A stretch of 64,000 nt of DNA from Octopus vulgaris (GCA_951406725.2 OX597814.1:45694001-45758000); one strand, 5' to 3'. Shown: positions 25,201 to 40,044, counted from the stretch's first letter. Notes: a model not told the origin generated them from the letters alone. Program-made: numbers and translations.

Positions 25201-27699
25201 GGTATTTAAACAACCAACAAAATACAAGTTCAGCTACATTTAAGTAACAGTTAAGTAAGGGAAAGTGATAAAAAGGCCCTCATTTTAATTCTTCTACTAC
25301 CTTTCCCTATTTGTGGTTTGATCACCTCCTACTGCATTACACAAAATATAAAATACACACTGGAAATTATTTTAAGTAATTAAAAGAAATTCTCAAAATT
25401 CCTACAGTTAAGACAATTTGACCAATAACTACAACCCTGATAAAACAACTAATCTTTCTATTAAATACACATGAGAGTTCATTTTGGAAAACCGATTTGC
25501 TATGGTATATATCCTGTCAGTGTACATAAAATTGGTAATTTACAAAGATTAGCAAAAAAAAAAAAAAGAAAGAAAGAAAGAAAGAAATATATTGAGTGAT
25601 GTACACTTTTTGGAAGCTCAAACCCAAATAAACTTATTTGCATTGACATTAAATAAGTTTTTATATTGTGAATGAAGTGTGGCACTTGCTATCATGTTTG
25701 GCATTCACTTAATGGCAACCTTACACTATTATCAGTTCTTAGAATTCCAGCCTGAAATTCTAAATTATCAATCAGACGGGACACTCTTCCATATAAACTA
25801 TACAGGAGTTGATGGTTCTAACAAAACTAAAAACTGCAGTACTCTGGTAGCAATCATATGATTTATGTTTCTAATTTCAAAATTCTTTCAGAATGATTAC
25901 ATGTAAAGAAGAAAAATGTTTCACTATTATAGGTATCAATGTCTATCATTCATTCACTTATGCATAATGGTGCTCAGGAAGAAACTTTTATTTTTATGCT
26001 TTTTAGTTTAAAAAACAGTAAAGCTGGTCAATTTCTGTCTACACTAGTAACACGTAGAGGATATGCCAGAAGTTATGAATGATATAAGTACATGCAGCTG
26101 TTCCTCATGGTACCATGAAACAAAAACCAACCACTAACTAATATATGTAGCCACTTAGTACAATATTATTTCTTATTTTTATCACCAGTTAATATTTCCC
26201 CTCTATAATTATTTAGAAGAGAGATATTTGTTTTTCATGACGTACTGAAATACCCACTTGAAATCAAAACTAAGTTATCTTTGAAATAATTGTACAAAAT
26301 AGAAAATAGATTGAATAATAAAGATTTTTTTAAAGCTGACCATAGTTTTCAAATGTTGAGCATGTTAGTAATTCTGCTAATTCTCCCTAATTCTTTAATA
26401 CTTCTTATGTTTGGAATGGACAGATGAGATCCATAACTAATTCTCTAAAGTATGCTGTTGAAAGGTATATGTTTTTATCAACTGAGAAGTTTAAGTGATA
26501 ACAGGCAAAATTCTTGAAATAAGATGTGAACAAATCAGTTTGAAACTGGAAACAATGATAACAAAAAAAAAAAAAGTCTTCTAGTCATGGTTACAGATAT
26601 GCTAATTGTCCCTATATTTTTGCAGTTTACCTCAGTATAGGTGTGTGTGTGCTTAGATGAAAAAACACTTTACACCCTTATAACACCCACACAAAATTGT
26701 AGTAAACAGTCTTTTGATGACAAGATGCATGCATAGAGCCAGAAAATATTTAATCTCCAATCAGTCATTAGACAGCTACAGCTTCCAAGTATGACTCACA
26801 ATGAAGTGCTGCTACAAGCACGGAACATCCTAGACTATAACCTGCCTTAGGCCATCCAGCTGATTAGAAAATACTCACTCCACTACATTACAACCACTAC
26901 TTGCCAGCTGTGTTATTTTCTCTCTTATCATTACTAAAACAGCCTCTAAAGCAGAAAGCTACATACTTCTCCAACCTGGTCCACCACAAGCACTTACCCT
27001 TCCTTGCAAATATACGGCATTTCACTCTCCCGGACCTCTTGGAGTAAATATTCTTCCATTCTCCCCCACAAGAACTCCAACCTATTGAAATTCTTTCCCT
27101 GCTTACATATTTTCTGCAAAATTTCACAATGAGCATCGATCATACAAATTTTTTTAATGGTTTAATCAGAGGAGGAAGGGTAGCTGAATGAATGACCTCC
27201 TTTTAGACCTTCAAGACCAGTAAGAGGAAACTTGTCCAGAATGCTTGCGTGCAGTGGACTTAGCTAAAGGTACTCAGTGGTGATGTGGATTAGGTCTAAC
27301 ACCCCAAAACAGAAACAGTCACTCCAATGCACTTCTTCAGTTGTCATCTAACAAATTTTACTCATAAGGCCTTGGTCAACCAGAGGGATATGGTAGAAGA
27401 CAGTTGCCTCAATTACAGTACGGTGGAAGCGAAACTAAAAAAACCATGTAGTTGCAAAGGAAATGTCCTAAACACAGTCTTGTTGTGCCTTGATTTGACC
27501 AGGCTTACAAAACTAATGGATGCTGCACTTGTGTGCATGCATGCACATCCATGTCTACATGTCTTACTATCTGCTATGTAAACCACTCCAAAAGATCATC
27601 AGAGTAGAGTGGACTCTTAAGTCTTGCCAAAGGCGCAATGAGGTCCACATTATAAGACAAACACAACAAAAACAAATGATGATAAAGATTTAGCTTATA

Positions 27700-28514
27700 C
27701 AGGTACTGAAATCCACCTATTTCATATGGAACCAGATGGGCAAAAAGACCGATTTTATGACACCCTCTTGCAGACTACCTTGTTGACAAATGACAGGGAC
27801 CTTCTCTTTGTGGCTGGTGACTTCAATGGACATGTTGGACAACATACAGGGGTCATCCATGGCGTACATGGAGACTATGGTTTTGGTTCCCGCAATGAAG
27901 AGGGAACCAGGCTGCTGGAGTTCTCCAATGCAAATGATCTTATGGTTTACAATACTAACTTCAGGAAACCTGCCAGTCACCTAGTCACCTAACATTCTGG
28001 CAGACATACTAGCCAAATTGACTACATCCTTGCCAGAAAAAGGGAAAGATGGCTGCTTATAAATGCCAAAACCTTCCCAGGCAAAGAATGTATCCCACAA
28101 CATAGACTGGTAGTTAGTGACTTCAGGATCGGGGCTAAATGGATGCCCAGAAAACGACCAGCATGGAGGAGAAGGGTCTGAAAGCTTAAAGATCCTGTGA
28201 ATGGACAGAGATTTAGAGACATATTACTCGAAGCCTTTGATGAAATAGAAAGGGATATAGCTTCACACGATGTAGAAGACAACTGGAGGTTTCTATGGGA
28301 CAACCTGCTGAGGGCCACTGACCAGATTTGTGGATGGTGCAAAGTTCCCTCTCGACCCAAAATAACGTGGTAGTGGAACAATGTTGTTGACAGGGCTATT
28401 AGAGAAAAGAAACAGGATTGGAAGAACGGTGGTAGCAGGGAATTGTATCAGATTGCCAGAAGGGAAGCTAGGAGACAGGTTTATTTAGCCAGAGGGGAAG
28501 CAGATAAGAAAAAG
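27700..28514 (+). mobile_element. RTE-clade LINE fragment: apurinic-like endonuclease domain and linker, with stop codons
   Basis: LFVAGDFNGHVG, GFGSRNEEGTRLLEF, SQIDYIL and QHRLVVSDF are endonuclease motifs. Confidence 0.88.
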
Positions 28515-29156
28515 TAGAAAGGTATTTTCTTGGACGAGTCATCCTTCACCTTATTTCTGACCACCAGCTGTCTATACATGAGACAGCCAAAAGAAGCACT
28601 TGACTCTGACTGCCTTCTTCAAACTGTTAAACATGGAGGAGGATTTGTGATGATGGGGGGGGCTATATCTTGGAAATCCACTGGCGCAATGGTTTCCCTT
28701 CATGGCAGAATTAATAGTCAAGATTATTCAAATATTTAATCGGACAAATTCATCCTATGGTTGTGGAACTGTTTCTGGAGGGAAATGCAATCTTTCAGGA
28801 TGATAATGCACCAATTCACACAGCTAAAGTTGTTACTGAATGACATGAGGAACATTCTAGTGAAGTTGAACATCTTATCTGGCCACCACAGTTACTAGAT
28901 CTCAATATTATTGGACATTTATGGTGCATTTTAGAAAAACAAGTAAGGAGTTGATACCCTCCACCATCATCACAAGAACTAGAGACTGTTTTAGCTGAAG
29001 AACGGACAAAAATTCCTTTGGGAACAATTCAAACTTTGTATGAATCCATATCTCATAGAATTCAAGCTGTAATTACTGCCAAAGGTGGTCCTACCCCTTA
29101 TTAAAATAAATTTGTTTGAAATTTTAAGATGTTTCCATTATTTTGTCCAACCCCTG
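28515..29156 (+). mobile_element. Tc1/mariner transposon right half (decayed DDE transposase plus right TIR)
   Basis: FLDESSF, KHGGGFVM..AISW, FQDDNAPIH and WPPQLLDLNII motifs. Ends ...TTGTCCAACCCCTG followed by TA. Confidence 0.88.
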
Positions 29157-31229
29157 TATATAGAGTAGCTTTATTTTCACAAAATGAAATTATACACCTC
29201 TTTCCTTTTTACACCCACCCAATTATGGTGTTATCAAATTGATACTATATTAAGAGATGTTTTCCCCACTGATACTGACAAGCTGCAATCTGGGATTTTT
29301 TCCTTTCCATGTAAATTCATAAAGCTACAGAGATCTAAAACAGCAACTATTACTGATTAAAACTGATAATGAACCTAACAATGGGCACTGATGCATTGTA
29401 ATTAATAATTACAGTTTTAGGAAGTTATTTGCAGAGAACCATTTCTGTGGAGGGATAATATAAAAGGCAAAAAAATAGGTTGGTTAACCAGGTGCAGAGC
29501 ATAATGACCAAAAAAATTCAAAATCAATCAATACCTGTTTTTATGCATCTTTGGATATGATTAATCTAGGGGATGCACAACAAAACAACTAGGTTAAGTT
29601 AACCCAATCAAATCAGAGATGATTTAGTTTCCAAGGCTCTGATATTCTACTAGCTGTTGTAATAAAGAAACAAATACATTCTACTGGTGTTAGTTTTTAA
29701 AGCACAAGAAAAAAATGTTAAAATAAAATTTTCTTCCTATTGAATATTAAGTAAATTTTATATACAGTAGGAAGACAGTTTATAGCACTTGTAAAGTTAT
29801 GTTGTATTAGAGATGTGAACTACTTAAAGTGAATGCAAAGAATTTACTTTGGTGACTTCAAGCCATTTATGAATCAGCAAAAAAGAATCCAGAAGAGATG
29901 TGGTGAGGGAATACAATTTTTTGTGCAAGTGAATAAGCAAACAATTATTTTCTTTGAGTAAATTCAGAGGGAGAGCCTGCTAACAGCTAGGAAATAACAT
30001 AAATAGTTACTTAGGAGAGAAAAAAAAAGTGAGTATATTGGTCAGAGATAACTGATGAAAACCACATTTTAAAAATCTACTTAGTTCTAAACAGGTCACT
30101 CTTAGTGTTTGTTTCTTGTAGAGAAAATGTATGTATGTCAGTTAGCATATTATTTTTCCCTTTAAGTAAATCCAAGAAAATAAAATTATTTACCTAAAAC
30201 TATTACATATGAACAGTCAATTATATAATTAAATATCTTCCCATTTAAAACATATGTTTGAAATAATGTTTCTTAAGTATAAAATTGTTTATTGTTAACA
30301 ATATTTTCATCCTCTATAAAGATTCTATATCTTTAAGTTGATATGGCAGCATCTAGATAGAGCAATTCATTTATCTAATCACTCAGCTTTCACCAAATTT
30401 TAAAATTTTATTTTTTGAACAACATTACCATTATTTACATTTAGTTTGAGAAAGCTGTGACTGCTGATCTTGATAACAGGGAGAACTAGCATATAAGTTC
30501 AATTCCTAAATCTTTTATGTTAGTAAGAGTGGAATGGACTTTACCAGCTTGAATATAAATAAAATACAGTTAGTGCAACTATTTCTACATCTGGAGGCTC
30601 TTCCTTTTTCTAGACAGATTTATATAACATTTTATGACCAAAATGGAAACTAATAAAACATTTAAAAAAATAAATAATTAGTAAATCATTAATAAATGAA
30701 TTTAAAGCAGATGTAACAAACTATAAAATGCAAGTTCTTTTACAGTTATAATTCATTATAATATAATTATCTGCAATATAATAATCTACAATATAATTGT
30801 GTACAATGTAAATACAATATAACCTAAGTTATTACACATTTGCACAAACTGAGTAAAATTTCATATCACTTTTCAATAATTAACAAGAAACCAAAATAAT
30901 TTGAAACTAGAAAGAATGGTTTCAGTATTAATTTAGAATAATAATTATTTAGTGATAAAAGTGGAAATAATTTTTCCCTTTTTATTTGACATTTTGTGTG
31001 AAATTTTTAGTAACTTTGTTGAAGAATAATCCTGTTAAAAGTGATTTCATGTCTGGCCACGAAATATAACTTTGCACAGGAACATGAGGATTAGCAACAA
31101 GAAGAGCATCCAGCAATAGAAAATCTGCTAAAACAAATTCTGTCTGACCCATGAAGCATGGAAAAGTGGATGTTTCATGACAACACACACACACAAATAA
31201 AAAAAAATAAGGATCAAAGGTTGCTTCCA

Positions 31230-31440
31230 TGTTCATAAGGCCAGTGTCCCTGATTCTGTGGCATACATATTCACCTTCAAGATGGGATGCTGTTCTGTCA
31301 CAGGATTACTAATTTTTACCAGCTGAGTGAACTGGAGCAATGTAAAATGAAGTGTTTTGCTTAAGAACATAAAGAATCACCCAACCCAGGAATCAAAACC
31401 ACAATCTCAAAATCACGAGAGCAACACTAACCATTAAGTC
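31230..31440 (-). mobile_element. Degraded CORE-like SINE related to 20178-20526
   Basis: Shares CAGCTGAGTGAACTGGAGCAA. Confidence 0.7.
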
Positions 31441-33419
31441 ACACACATATTTTCTTTTAACAGCAAATGTGGAAATGTCATTTCCTTATTTCAACAGAAT
31501 ATATATTTCATTCATTTTAAGTAGAGCAAACGTATGAGTGAAGTAGAGCTGAAGAATACTAAACTGAATCATGGACTATATCTTAGTTTGCTAGTCATTA
31601 GGTTTATAAATTCTATTAAATGCCATGTTAAACAGGAATAGGCATAGTGAAGTAATGGATAAAAAAATTGTAATTAGTGAAGTTACATTAGTGACTAAGA
31701 TCTAGATATTTAAGTGTTTACCATGTGTGCATATATATATATGTATGTATGTATATAAATTAGGGGTGTGTGTATGTGTGTATGCATGTAGGAGGACACA
31801 ATGTGGCAGCTAGAAGGAGGATGAAAGTCGTCAGATATCAGAGAAGTAGCTAGTACAAGAGAAGTTGCTGGCATGAGAGATAGGAATAAAACAAACAGAA
31901 GTTGATGCAGAAAGATAAGTGAAATAAACTGTAATAGTTTAAGACCATTCCAATTTCTCACAACAGCAAAACATTTTAGCAAATAGCACACTCATATCTT
32001 TAGTGGCATGAAAACATGTATTTACTTAATGTTGTTAATTTTCAGCGAGTTGCAATAAAGCTTTTTTAAATTCAAACCTAATGCAACACCTAAGCATAAA
32101 TAAAAAATACAGATGTGATTAATTTTTCTTGCAATTTGTTTTGTATGACTTAAGTGCTAACTGTAAGCAAAAATAGTTTCCAAATCAAAAGGTCAACAAC
32201 TTTCTTTATATTTTGTCCAAATTTGCTTAACAAAGAAGCAGGTGTTGAAATGATCTACTGGGCATCCACATTTAAGTTCTATCCATTTTATACATCTGAT
32301 TGAACATCATCTTTCTTTGTCTCACCCAAGTCTGCCACTGCTACCTCCTACCATTTGACAGATCTTGAAGTGGTACTTACAGAAAGGTGAAACTCTGTGG
32401 TGTAAGGTAACATAATATCTGTCAGCCTTGCAAATGCTATGGTGGGGAAATGTTCTTCATTTTAAGTATATACCTAAAGTTAGACAGACTGAGGTATTTG
32501 GCATTAAGTATTTGATGGTAACATGACACAAACCATCAACTCCTCAATTGGCAGTCTGGTATTCTATTGTCTAAGTCAGTTGTGATACTTTTAATTGAAA
32601 TAAACAAATATTAAATATGCATTATATTTTCTTCTTAGTATATATTTTTTCATTCAATGTTACACTATTAATACACATCATAAATCATAATTACAAGGTA
32701 TCCAACAAACAAACAAATGAGAATAAAAAATATATATATTTAAGAAAACAAAAATCATAATAATGTCCAAAACATTTTCAACTTGCTTTGACATTCTGCT
32801 ACAAGTAACTTAACCATATTCTGACCTGCTGTCCTGACTGCATCTATGAGATATCAATTTGTTCTATGCCCTAGTATGAGAACAACTTTCAGTTGACACT
32901 ATCTTTAACTGACTTCATTGTCATTTTGACAAATGTAAATAGCAAATGCAGTAATCCACAATATTGCTATACGAGCTCTTATGCAGACATTTATGTGTAG
33001 CGAGGCTCAAAGAAGCCAGTGCCATTTTGAAATAATGAGATCTCGCCTGCAACCCTTATTTAAGGAAAAGACAACATTTTCCCTCTCATTCTTCTCACGC
33101 TGTTGCCGAGCAAGACATCAAAGCCAGGAGTTCACAGCGGACTTTTGTCTCGCTATGATACCATATGCATTATCTCTAGAGGTTATTGAGCCTCACGTGT
33201 ATGGGAGAGAAAGCTAACTACGCACTGCTATGAAGATGGCTACTGAAAGCAAACCCCTTGTACGAAGCACCTGTGAATGAACGGTTATTGAATTTACTCC
33301 GCCTAAGAACTTCATTCTTTGTATTTCCAGCTCCTTGAATTAATAGAATAATTATAACAGAAGAAGACACCCAAAAAGTATCATAAAAACTTTTGATCTA
33401 AACTGATTGGAAATGTTAT

Positions 33420-33805
33420 AAGATGGGCCACAGCAAATATTCTGCTCAATATCACAGATTTGCTTGTCAGTTGCTTGACCATAACCATCTGAGCATGTCC
33501 CTTAGAGGCCGGTGATATGTGCATATCTGATCATGAGCAGAAGTAGTGGGACAACCCTTATTCAGGGACCTTATGAGTGGGATGCGCTACTCAGCTCAAA
33601 GAAAATTCTAACCAGGCCCCATCTGCAAGGTCATGTGCTGTTTATCTCGATATGAGATTACCATGCACATATAGTTGTAATGCATGTGCCTGGTGTACCC
33701 TTATTAGGCAGGTAGTCATGATGGGTATATAGGGTTTCATATGGTTGTACCCCAGTGTCACTTAGATGGTATTCACTGCTCTCTCACTCAATTATAATAA
33801 TAATA
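33420..33805 (+). repeat. Probable interspersed retroposon fragment ending in a (TAA)n tail
   Basis: GC-richer block ending CTCTCTCACTCA-ATTATAATAATAAT. Family not determined. Confidence 0.45.
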
Positions 33806-34619
33806 ATGCTTTCAAATTCTGTTACAAGGCCAGCAATTTTAGGGGAACAAGCTTAGTCGATTACAAAAATGTTCCTTTCTACTACAGGCACAAGGCCTGA
33901 AATTTTTTTGGGGCAGTGGCAAGTCAATTACATTGCTTCCAATATGCAACTGGTACTTATTTCATCAAGATGAAAGGCAAAGTCAGTCTCAGAGGAATTT
34001 GAACTCAGAATGTAAAGATTGACAAAATGATACTAAGCATTTTGCCAGCTCACAGCCTTAACAATAAGAATAATAATACAAAGAAAAAAAAGTTATATAT
34101 TTTGCATGCAGCAAACATTTTCAGGTTCTTATTGGTATAATTAACTGATCACACTGCATCTAATCTCCTTCTGCAGAGAGTTATATTTGAAATGAAGGAT
34201 GAACAAGATATAATTCCATCCTTCCAATATTTAAATTTATCCTATTGCATGTATACTGATTATGCAATGAAAAATGAACCATGTACATATAAAAGCTCCT
34301 ATGGAAATATATTCTTGAGATTCTTTAAAATACCCTTTGGCTAAGAAATGAATCATGTTAATACTTCAGTTAATTCTTAGTGAATGTAACATAAAAACCT
34401 AACTTTACATTTGTTTAAAGTGTCATTCTTTCACATTTAGTTTGTTTCTATTATTTATCAAACAAAACATGAGATACTCTAGATCAGTAAAAACTAGGGA
34501 TTTGTTCTTTGCACTTTCTCAGAAAAGACAATCAAACACAAATATTACACTGTGAAAAATACATAAAACATTTTTTGTCATTTAAATAGAAATAATAAAA
34601 ATAAATAATGCTTGTCAAC

Positions 34620-34726
34620 CTTGACAGTCTTTTGAATTCTTAGTGATGGTCCAGGATACTCAGAAGAATATAAATCCGTTAGAAATAGAGAATTTATCAA
34701 TGTAGATTTTCCCAAACCAGATTCAC
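34620..34726 (-). CDS. SEPT7: Septin-7 exon with P-loop G1 ([36 protein letters not shown])
   Basis: 107 nt, TTTCAG acceptor, phase 1 to 0, GxxxxGKS motif. The donor AAG|GTTGAC is weak. Confidence 0.95.
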
Positions 34727-36804
34727 CTGAAAGTACACAAAAAGAAAATATTGATGTTGGCTGGATAGTAATGATGAGAGTATCAGTTAAAAAAAAAAAA
34801 CAAAAGAAAAACTATAGAACTTCAAAAGCTCTGACAAATATTTAGATAATATTGGAATAAACTGATTTTAAAATACCAAAAACAATCAAGTAAAAATCAT
34901 AAACTTACAGTAAAAAAAAAAAGAACTTGATATAAATTTATTCTCTAAAATATCTACAAATTATACACTTACTTAAAGAGTCTCTTAATGATTCAGCCAG
35001 TATGGCAGTATAGTGACATCTATGTTTCACTGATGACATCTAATATCACCAGAACACGTGGGGGGGGGGAGGGGGGGCTGTACAACCAGAATAATTAATA
35101 TGTCAGTCACTAACTAATATTGTCTTTTCCTCATTGAATAATTTAATTAACTTTTAATGGCCACAATATTCAATTTGTTAACACCAACTTAACTAAGAAC
35201 ATTTGTGTTTATATATATATATATATATATTCTTAAGTCTTTAATATAGTCAATAAAAATTTACTACGGAAGATATATATCAAATCATCATTATTTTGTA
35301 TGTTTTTCCATGGAAGAGTTAAATGTATCCCATTGCATCCAATTCAGTATCGGGAGTTACTGCCATCCTAGAGGGACTACATTCAAATGTCTTTGGGTCT
35401 CTGTGGGAATTTTCACTAGATAATGTTTTTGCTATGTGGACAGAGCAAAGGACATTACAGTGCTTTTCTGTGGCAGCTGGGTATGAAATAAGTGGATGGT
35501 GGTGGGGAGGAATACTCAACAGTACAACTTATTGTTTTTAGATAAAACAGTAGGGTTAGATATCAAAGGAACTAATTGTCCTAGACTAATGGGGGTTGGG
35601 TTGATATACCAACTGTTAGGGTCCATGGGTTATGGTAGTGCTTTGTTCAGATCAAAGAGTTCAATAAGAGAGAACTGCAATAGTGATCAGCAGTTGCCAG
35701 TCAAGATGATAAGCATAGCTATGCACACACAAGGAAAGAGTAGACCAAAGCTGGCTCCATTATTTAGATAGTGATGGAAGTAAGGTGTTTAGCTGTTGGG
35801 GGAAGAGAGCCATGACTGACAAGAAGGAATGGGAGAGTGGGTATAAATGATTGTCAAGGACAGTATGTATAAAAATTGTCAGATAGACACTTCTCTCAAC
35901 AGAATTTTTAAACAATTTAAAATAGATAACAATTTAAAGTAGACAAAACCACTTGCATTTATTTTTGTTGGCAGTGTGTAAAATTTCTACAAATTTCATT
36001 GAACAAATTTGGGCATATTTTCTAACTATATTCCAACAAAATGTAAATAATACAACATGATTATTTAGCTTAGTTTTTATCGAAATGCTGCTGAGTTCAG
36101 TGACATGTAACTAATTACAAATGACTGAGTGCTGTTTGTTGGTAATGCTAATTTCTACAAATTTCCTAGAACTAAAATCTTGACATATTTTTTCTAAATA
36201 TAAATGTAAAATAAAAATATTCAATGAAAAAATACTGCTGCTGCAGTGTTGTTATAAAAGTTATTTAGGTTAATGTGATAAACATTCATGTTGTTTAATA
36301 ATTTCAAATAGTGGTAGTTACACATAAGATAAAATTTTGTTAGTAGAGAGGATCAACAAACATATCAAAGTACACTGTTCATTATATTGTGGAACAAGAC
36401 ATGTGAATGCAAGCACTGTTAAGAAACACAGCTATGGACAATAAACGACAAGGACCCTACCAAAGCTTTATCTACTCAACCAATCTATGTCAGAATGTAA
36501 AATCATAAAAGAAAAAGTATATCATTACACTAGCAAAGACGACACATAAGTACAAGGATTTCTTTCATTTTTATGTATACTTAAAATGAATGAAGAATTA
36601 ATAGGAGATATGCAGTTTGGTTTTGCATCAATGCTACTTCACTGGAAGTAAATTGGAACAAGTAATTTTATTTGCTCCCAAATTCATTTGGAGAAAACAT
36701 ACAATATAATTTGATGTTAATAAGTATCAGTCAAATATAAATGACTGAGATAGTAATCAAATTTGGCCAGTCTCAAGACTGGTTTCTTAGAACGAAAAAT
36801 ATAT

Positions 36805-37175
36805 TCTTTTATTTGTTTCAGTCATTAGACTGTGGTCATGTTGGGGCACCACCTTGAAGGGTAGTAATCAAAGCGATCAACCCCAGTACTATTTTGTGAG
36901 TCTAGTACTTATTCTATAGGCCTTTTTTGCTGAACTTGCCAAATTGCTAAGTTATGAGGATGTAAACAAACTAACACTAGTTGTCAAGTAGTGGTCATGG
37001 AAAAGGCAAATACACCAGGCTTCCACATAATTTCTACCTACTAAATTCACTCTCAAGGCATTGGTTAGTTTGGAGTTATAGAAGATACTTATTCACAGTG
37101 CTGTGTGGTGGGACTGAATCTGAAATCATGTGGTTGCAAAGCATGCTTCTTAACTACAAAACCATGCCTATGCCT
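36805..37175 (-). mobile_element. Degraded SINE of the 11020-11402 family
   Basis: Shared TTGTTTCAGTCATT tail and GTGGGACTGAA head segment. Confidence 0.75.
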
Positions 37176-38602
37176 ACACTGTAAGCTTTTAAAATATTTA
37201 AAAAATGTTATCACAAAAAATCCCCAAATAAATGTCATGAAGAATGAAAGAATTGTACTCATTTAGATATTGGGAAGACACTTTCAATAAACTCATAAAA
37301 AAATATTGTAGTATTTAAGACAGAGCTTTTTCAATTTCTACAAATAATATAAATTAATATAGAACAAATTTTAAATGATAACCAAAATGGAATGAGAAAA
37401 CAATTTTGGTGTCAACAGAATTTAAGACAAAAAAAAAAATTTAGTGAACAAAAGTAGCAGTAATGTTAAGTCAAAAGAATGTAGCAGGCAAGCCCATATA
37501 GGAGATGAATAAGCTTTTGATGTAATTTACTGGCTATGACAAATTTCTAGCACTGGTAGGTAATATTTTCAATGTTAGTGTTGGACATTTTTATAATACT
37601 GGAGATGAAGTAAACCAATAGTTTAGGAGTGGCCAATAGGGATTATGCAGAAATGTACCAGATTATGTACATATATGGCCTAGTTTCTGACAGTATATTC
37701 CGGTACTGAAAGGAATGATTTGCAAGGCGAAGTTGATCAACATTCAAAATTCCTATAAACTCTCATCATTAGGAATTTAGAGACCAATATTGTATTAATG
37801 TATATCAGGTTGCTGTAAACCAAAATACAAGAACAAACATTTTCTGTAACTTTCTAAGAGACTAAATAGTGGATACAATTCTGGTCAAAGTAGATTTTAT
37901 CACCAGAAACTCATCTCTATTACACTTCAATTAATAGATTTATTTATTTACTGTGGTACTAACACAGTAAGCTTGTACTCTTAGACTCATGTGTGTTCAC
38001 CAAATGATGTTATTTTGTTCCTTCTTATATTTCCTTTTCCATTTAAAAAAAATGTTTAGAGAAAAAGTGACAGCACCTACAACCTTAGCATACCCTCCAA
38101 GAAACTGGTGAGATGAATGTTCAATTTGAACAATTGTAGTTGATATCTGCAGGAAATATATTAGCAGAAACAAAATTGCCTTCATGATAGCTTAAAGAGG
38201 GAAATTACAATTTGACAATGGTACTGAAATGAGAAGATAACCAAAATTCCATCAAGAAGGGCTGAATAACATGACCCTTGAGAAAGAAGAAATATTATAT
38301 GGGTGATGAGTGAGACAGGACAAAAACTAGGGAATGAGAAACTGAAAGAAGGGTAGAGTGCTAAGGACAATATTGCATAGTAGATATAGTCCAGGCAGAT
38401 ATGTTTCTTTTGATATTTGGGTTTAGGCTAGCTATCTAACCAGCAGCAAGGGAAAAGGGAGAGGACTAAAAATGTCAGTGTAAAAAAAAAAAAAAAAATA
38501 CCAGCATGGCCACAGCATGACTGAAATAAGATAAAAGACGAAATAACTAAAAATTAAATACAAACAATATATATTACCACTTTGACATGATGGGGAGGGG
38601 GG

Positions 38603-39430
38603 TCTTTTCCGTTTTGGCTGCCAGTGTCAATTTCTCTTCGAATTGATTTCATATTCAGTGTAATGATACACTTTTATAGGTGAATGAATGACATGAAAAT
38701 CATTTTTGCTATAAATCAATAAATAAGGAGTTATTAGCAATTAAAGTTTGAAAATTTTGAGCAATTTTAGCCAATGGTAAACTACAGATGCATCCAATGC
38801 CTGTTTCCATAGTAACAGGTAGAACATGAGAACTCTTTTGTCTGTGAGAAAGCACATGTTGACAAATATATTGAAACCACTTGTTTTATCTATCTGTTGA
38901 CAACTGAGCTTGTGAATTTATGTGGCGCAGGAGATACGAAAATTGTGATTTGTTCGAGAAATTGATTGAATGCTTAAAACTACAAAAAACATGTTGTTTT
39001 ACTCTTTCCTTTTGTTTTTGTCTTTGAGGTGGTTGTGAGGTATGCCAAAAATAACAGCTAAATAACGTTTTTGGATAAATCTTCTAAGTTCATGCTATCA
39101 CATTAAATGCATATTGAATGCTTCAAACAACAAAAGACGTGTTGTTTACTTGTTTTCCATGTATAGAATACAAATATTGACAACATGTGCTATTTTCAGG
39201 ATGCTGACGACAAAATGTGCATCATGCACAAAATGACAACTTCCAAATCCTGTTTCCTAACTGGGTGAAAAATGATCAAACTTTAAACCTCTACAACTTT
39301 TTAAAAAGATTTTTCTGGAAAAAGTGAAATAACTCCAGCAGTTCAGCTTGGAAAAGTACATTAATGTGCCAAATTTTGAAATTTTTAATGAACTTTAATT
39401 TTTGAAATGCTGGCAGCCAAATGGAAAAGA
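38603..39430. mobile_element. Non-autonomous DNA transposon of about 830 bp with about 21-bp terminal inverted repeats
   Basis: TCTTTTCCGTTTTGGCTGCCAG (38603-38624) versus CTGGCAGCCAAATGGAAAAGA (39410-39430). Confidence 0.65.
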
Positions 39431-39514
39431 TCTGATAGGGGTAATAGATAAAAAGGAAAATCTCTAGAACTGAAAAGGAAACCAAAATCAGAGATGCTAG
39501 TTGATGATTTAAAG

Positions 39515-39757
39515 CAGTAGTTTTCAACCAGGATCCATATGACTTTGGGGGTCTGCATAAGATTTTGTTGATAAAATTTATGTGTGATAGATTTGTTACA
39601 TTTTTACAAAATATCTTAATTTTCTATACAATTCCTAATAAAATTTAATTATAAAAATATTATAGGATTTTGAAAACATTGAATGGCTATGGGAGTCCAG
39701 CCAAGTAAAATAAGAATCAAAGGAATTTATAGGTAAAAAAATCCTTGAGAACCACTG
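39515..39757. mobile_element. hAT-type MITE
   Basis: TIRs CAGTAGTTTTCAA / TTGAGAACCACTG, with an imperfect 8-bp TSD ATTTAAAG / GTTAAAAG. Confidence 0.7.
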
Positions 39758-40044
39758 GTTAAAAGCAACATAGAAAATAATTACAAATTGTGTAAAATGT
39801 TAATAAAATTACAGAGCAAGAATATCTTCCTTACATATAAATGCATATGCACTAATAAAATGAAATATATGTATATATATATATATTGAAGAAAAACTAG
39901 GATAATTATCTCCTAATACAGCACAACTAATTAGTGCTCTAACTGAGTATCAGGAATATAAGACCAAAAAAGAGAGAATAAATTTCAGAAGTCATGTTCT
40001 TAATCACTCAATATATTTCACAGCATACATAGGTGCACTCAAAT

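Noticed and set aside
35300-35850. GC-richer block with short ORFs (similar blocks near 26700-27150, 46200-47250, 49330-49800, 59190-60400)
   Set aside because: Probably ancient retroelement debris, but too degraded to assign a family or boundaries by eye.
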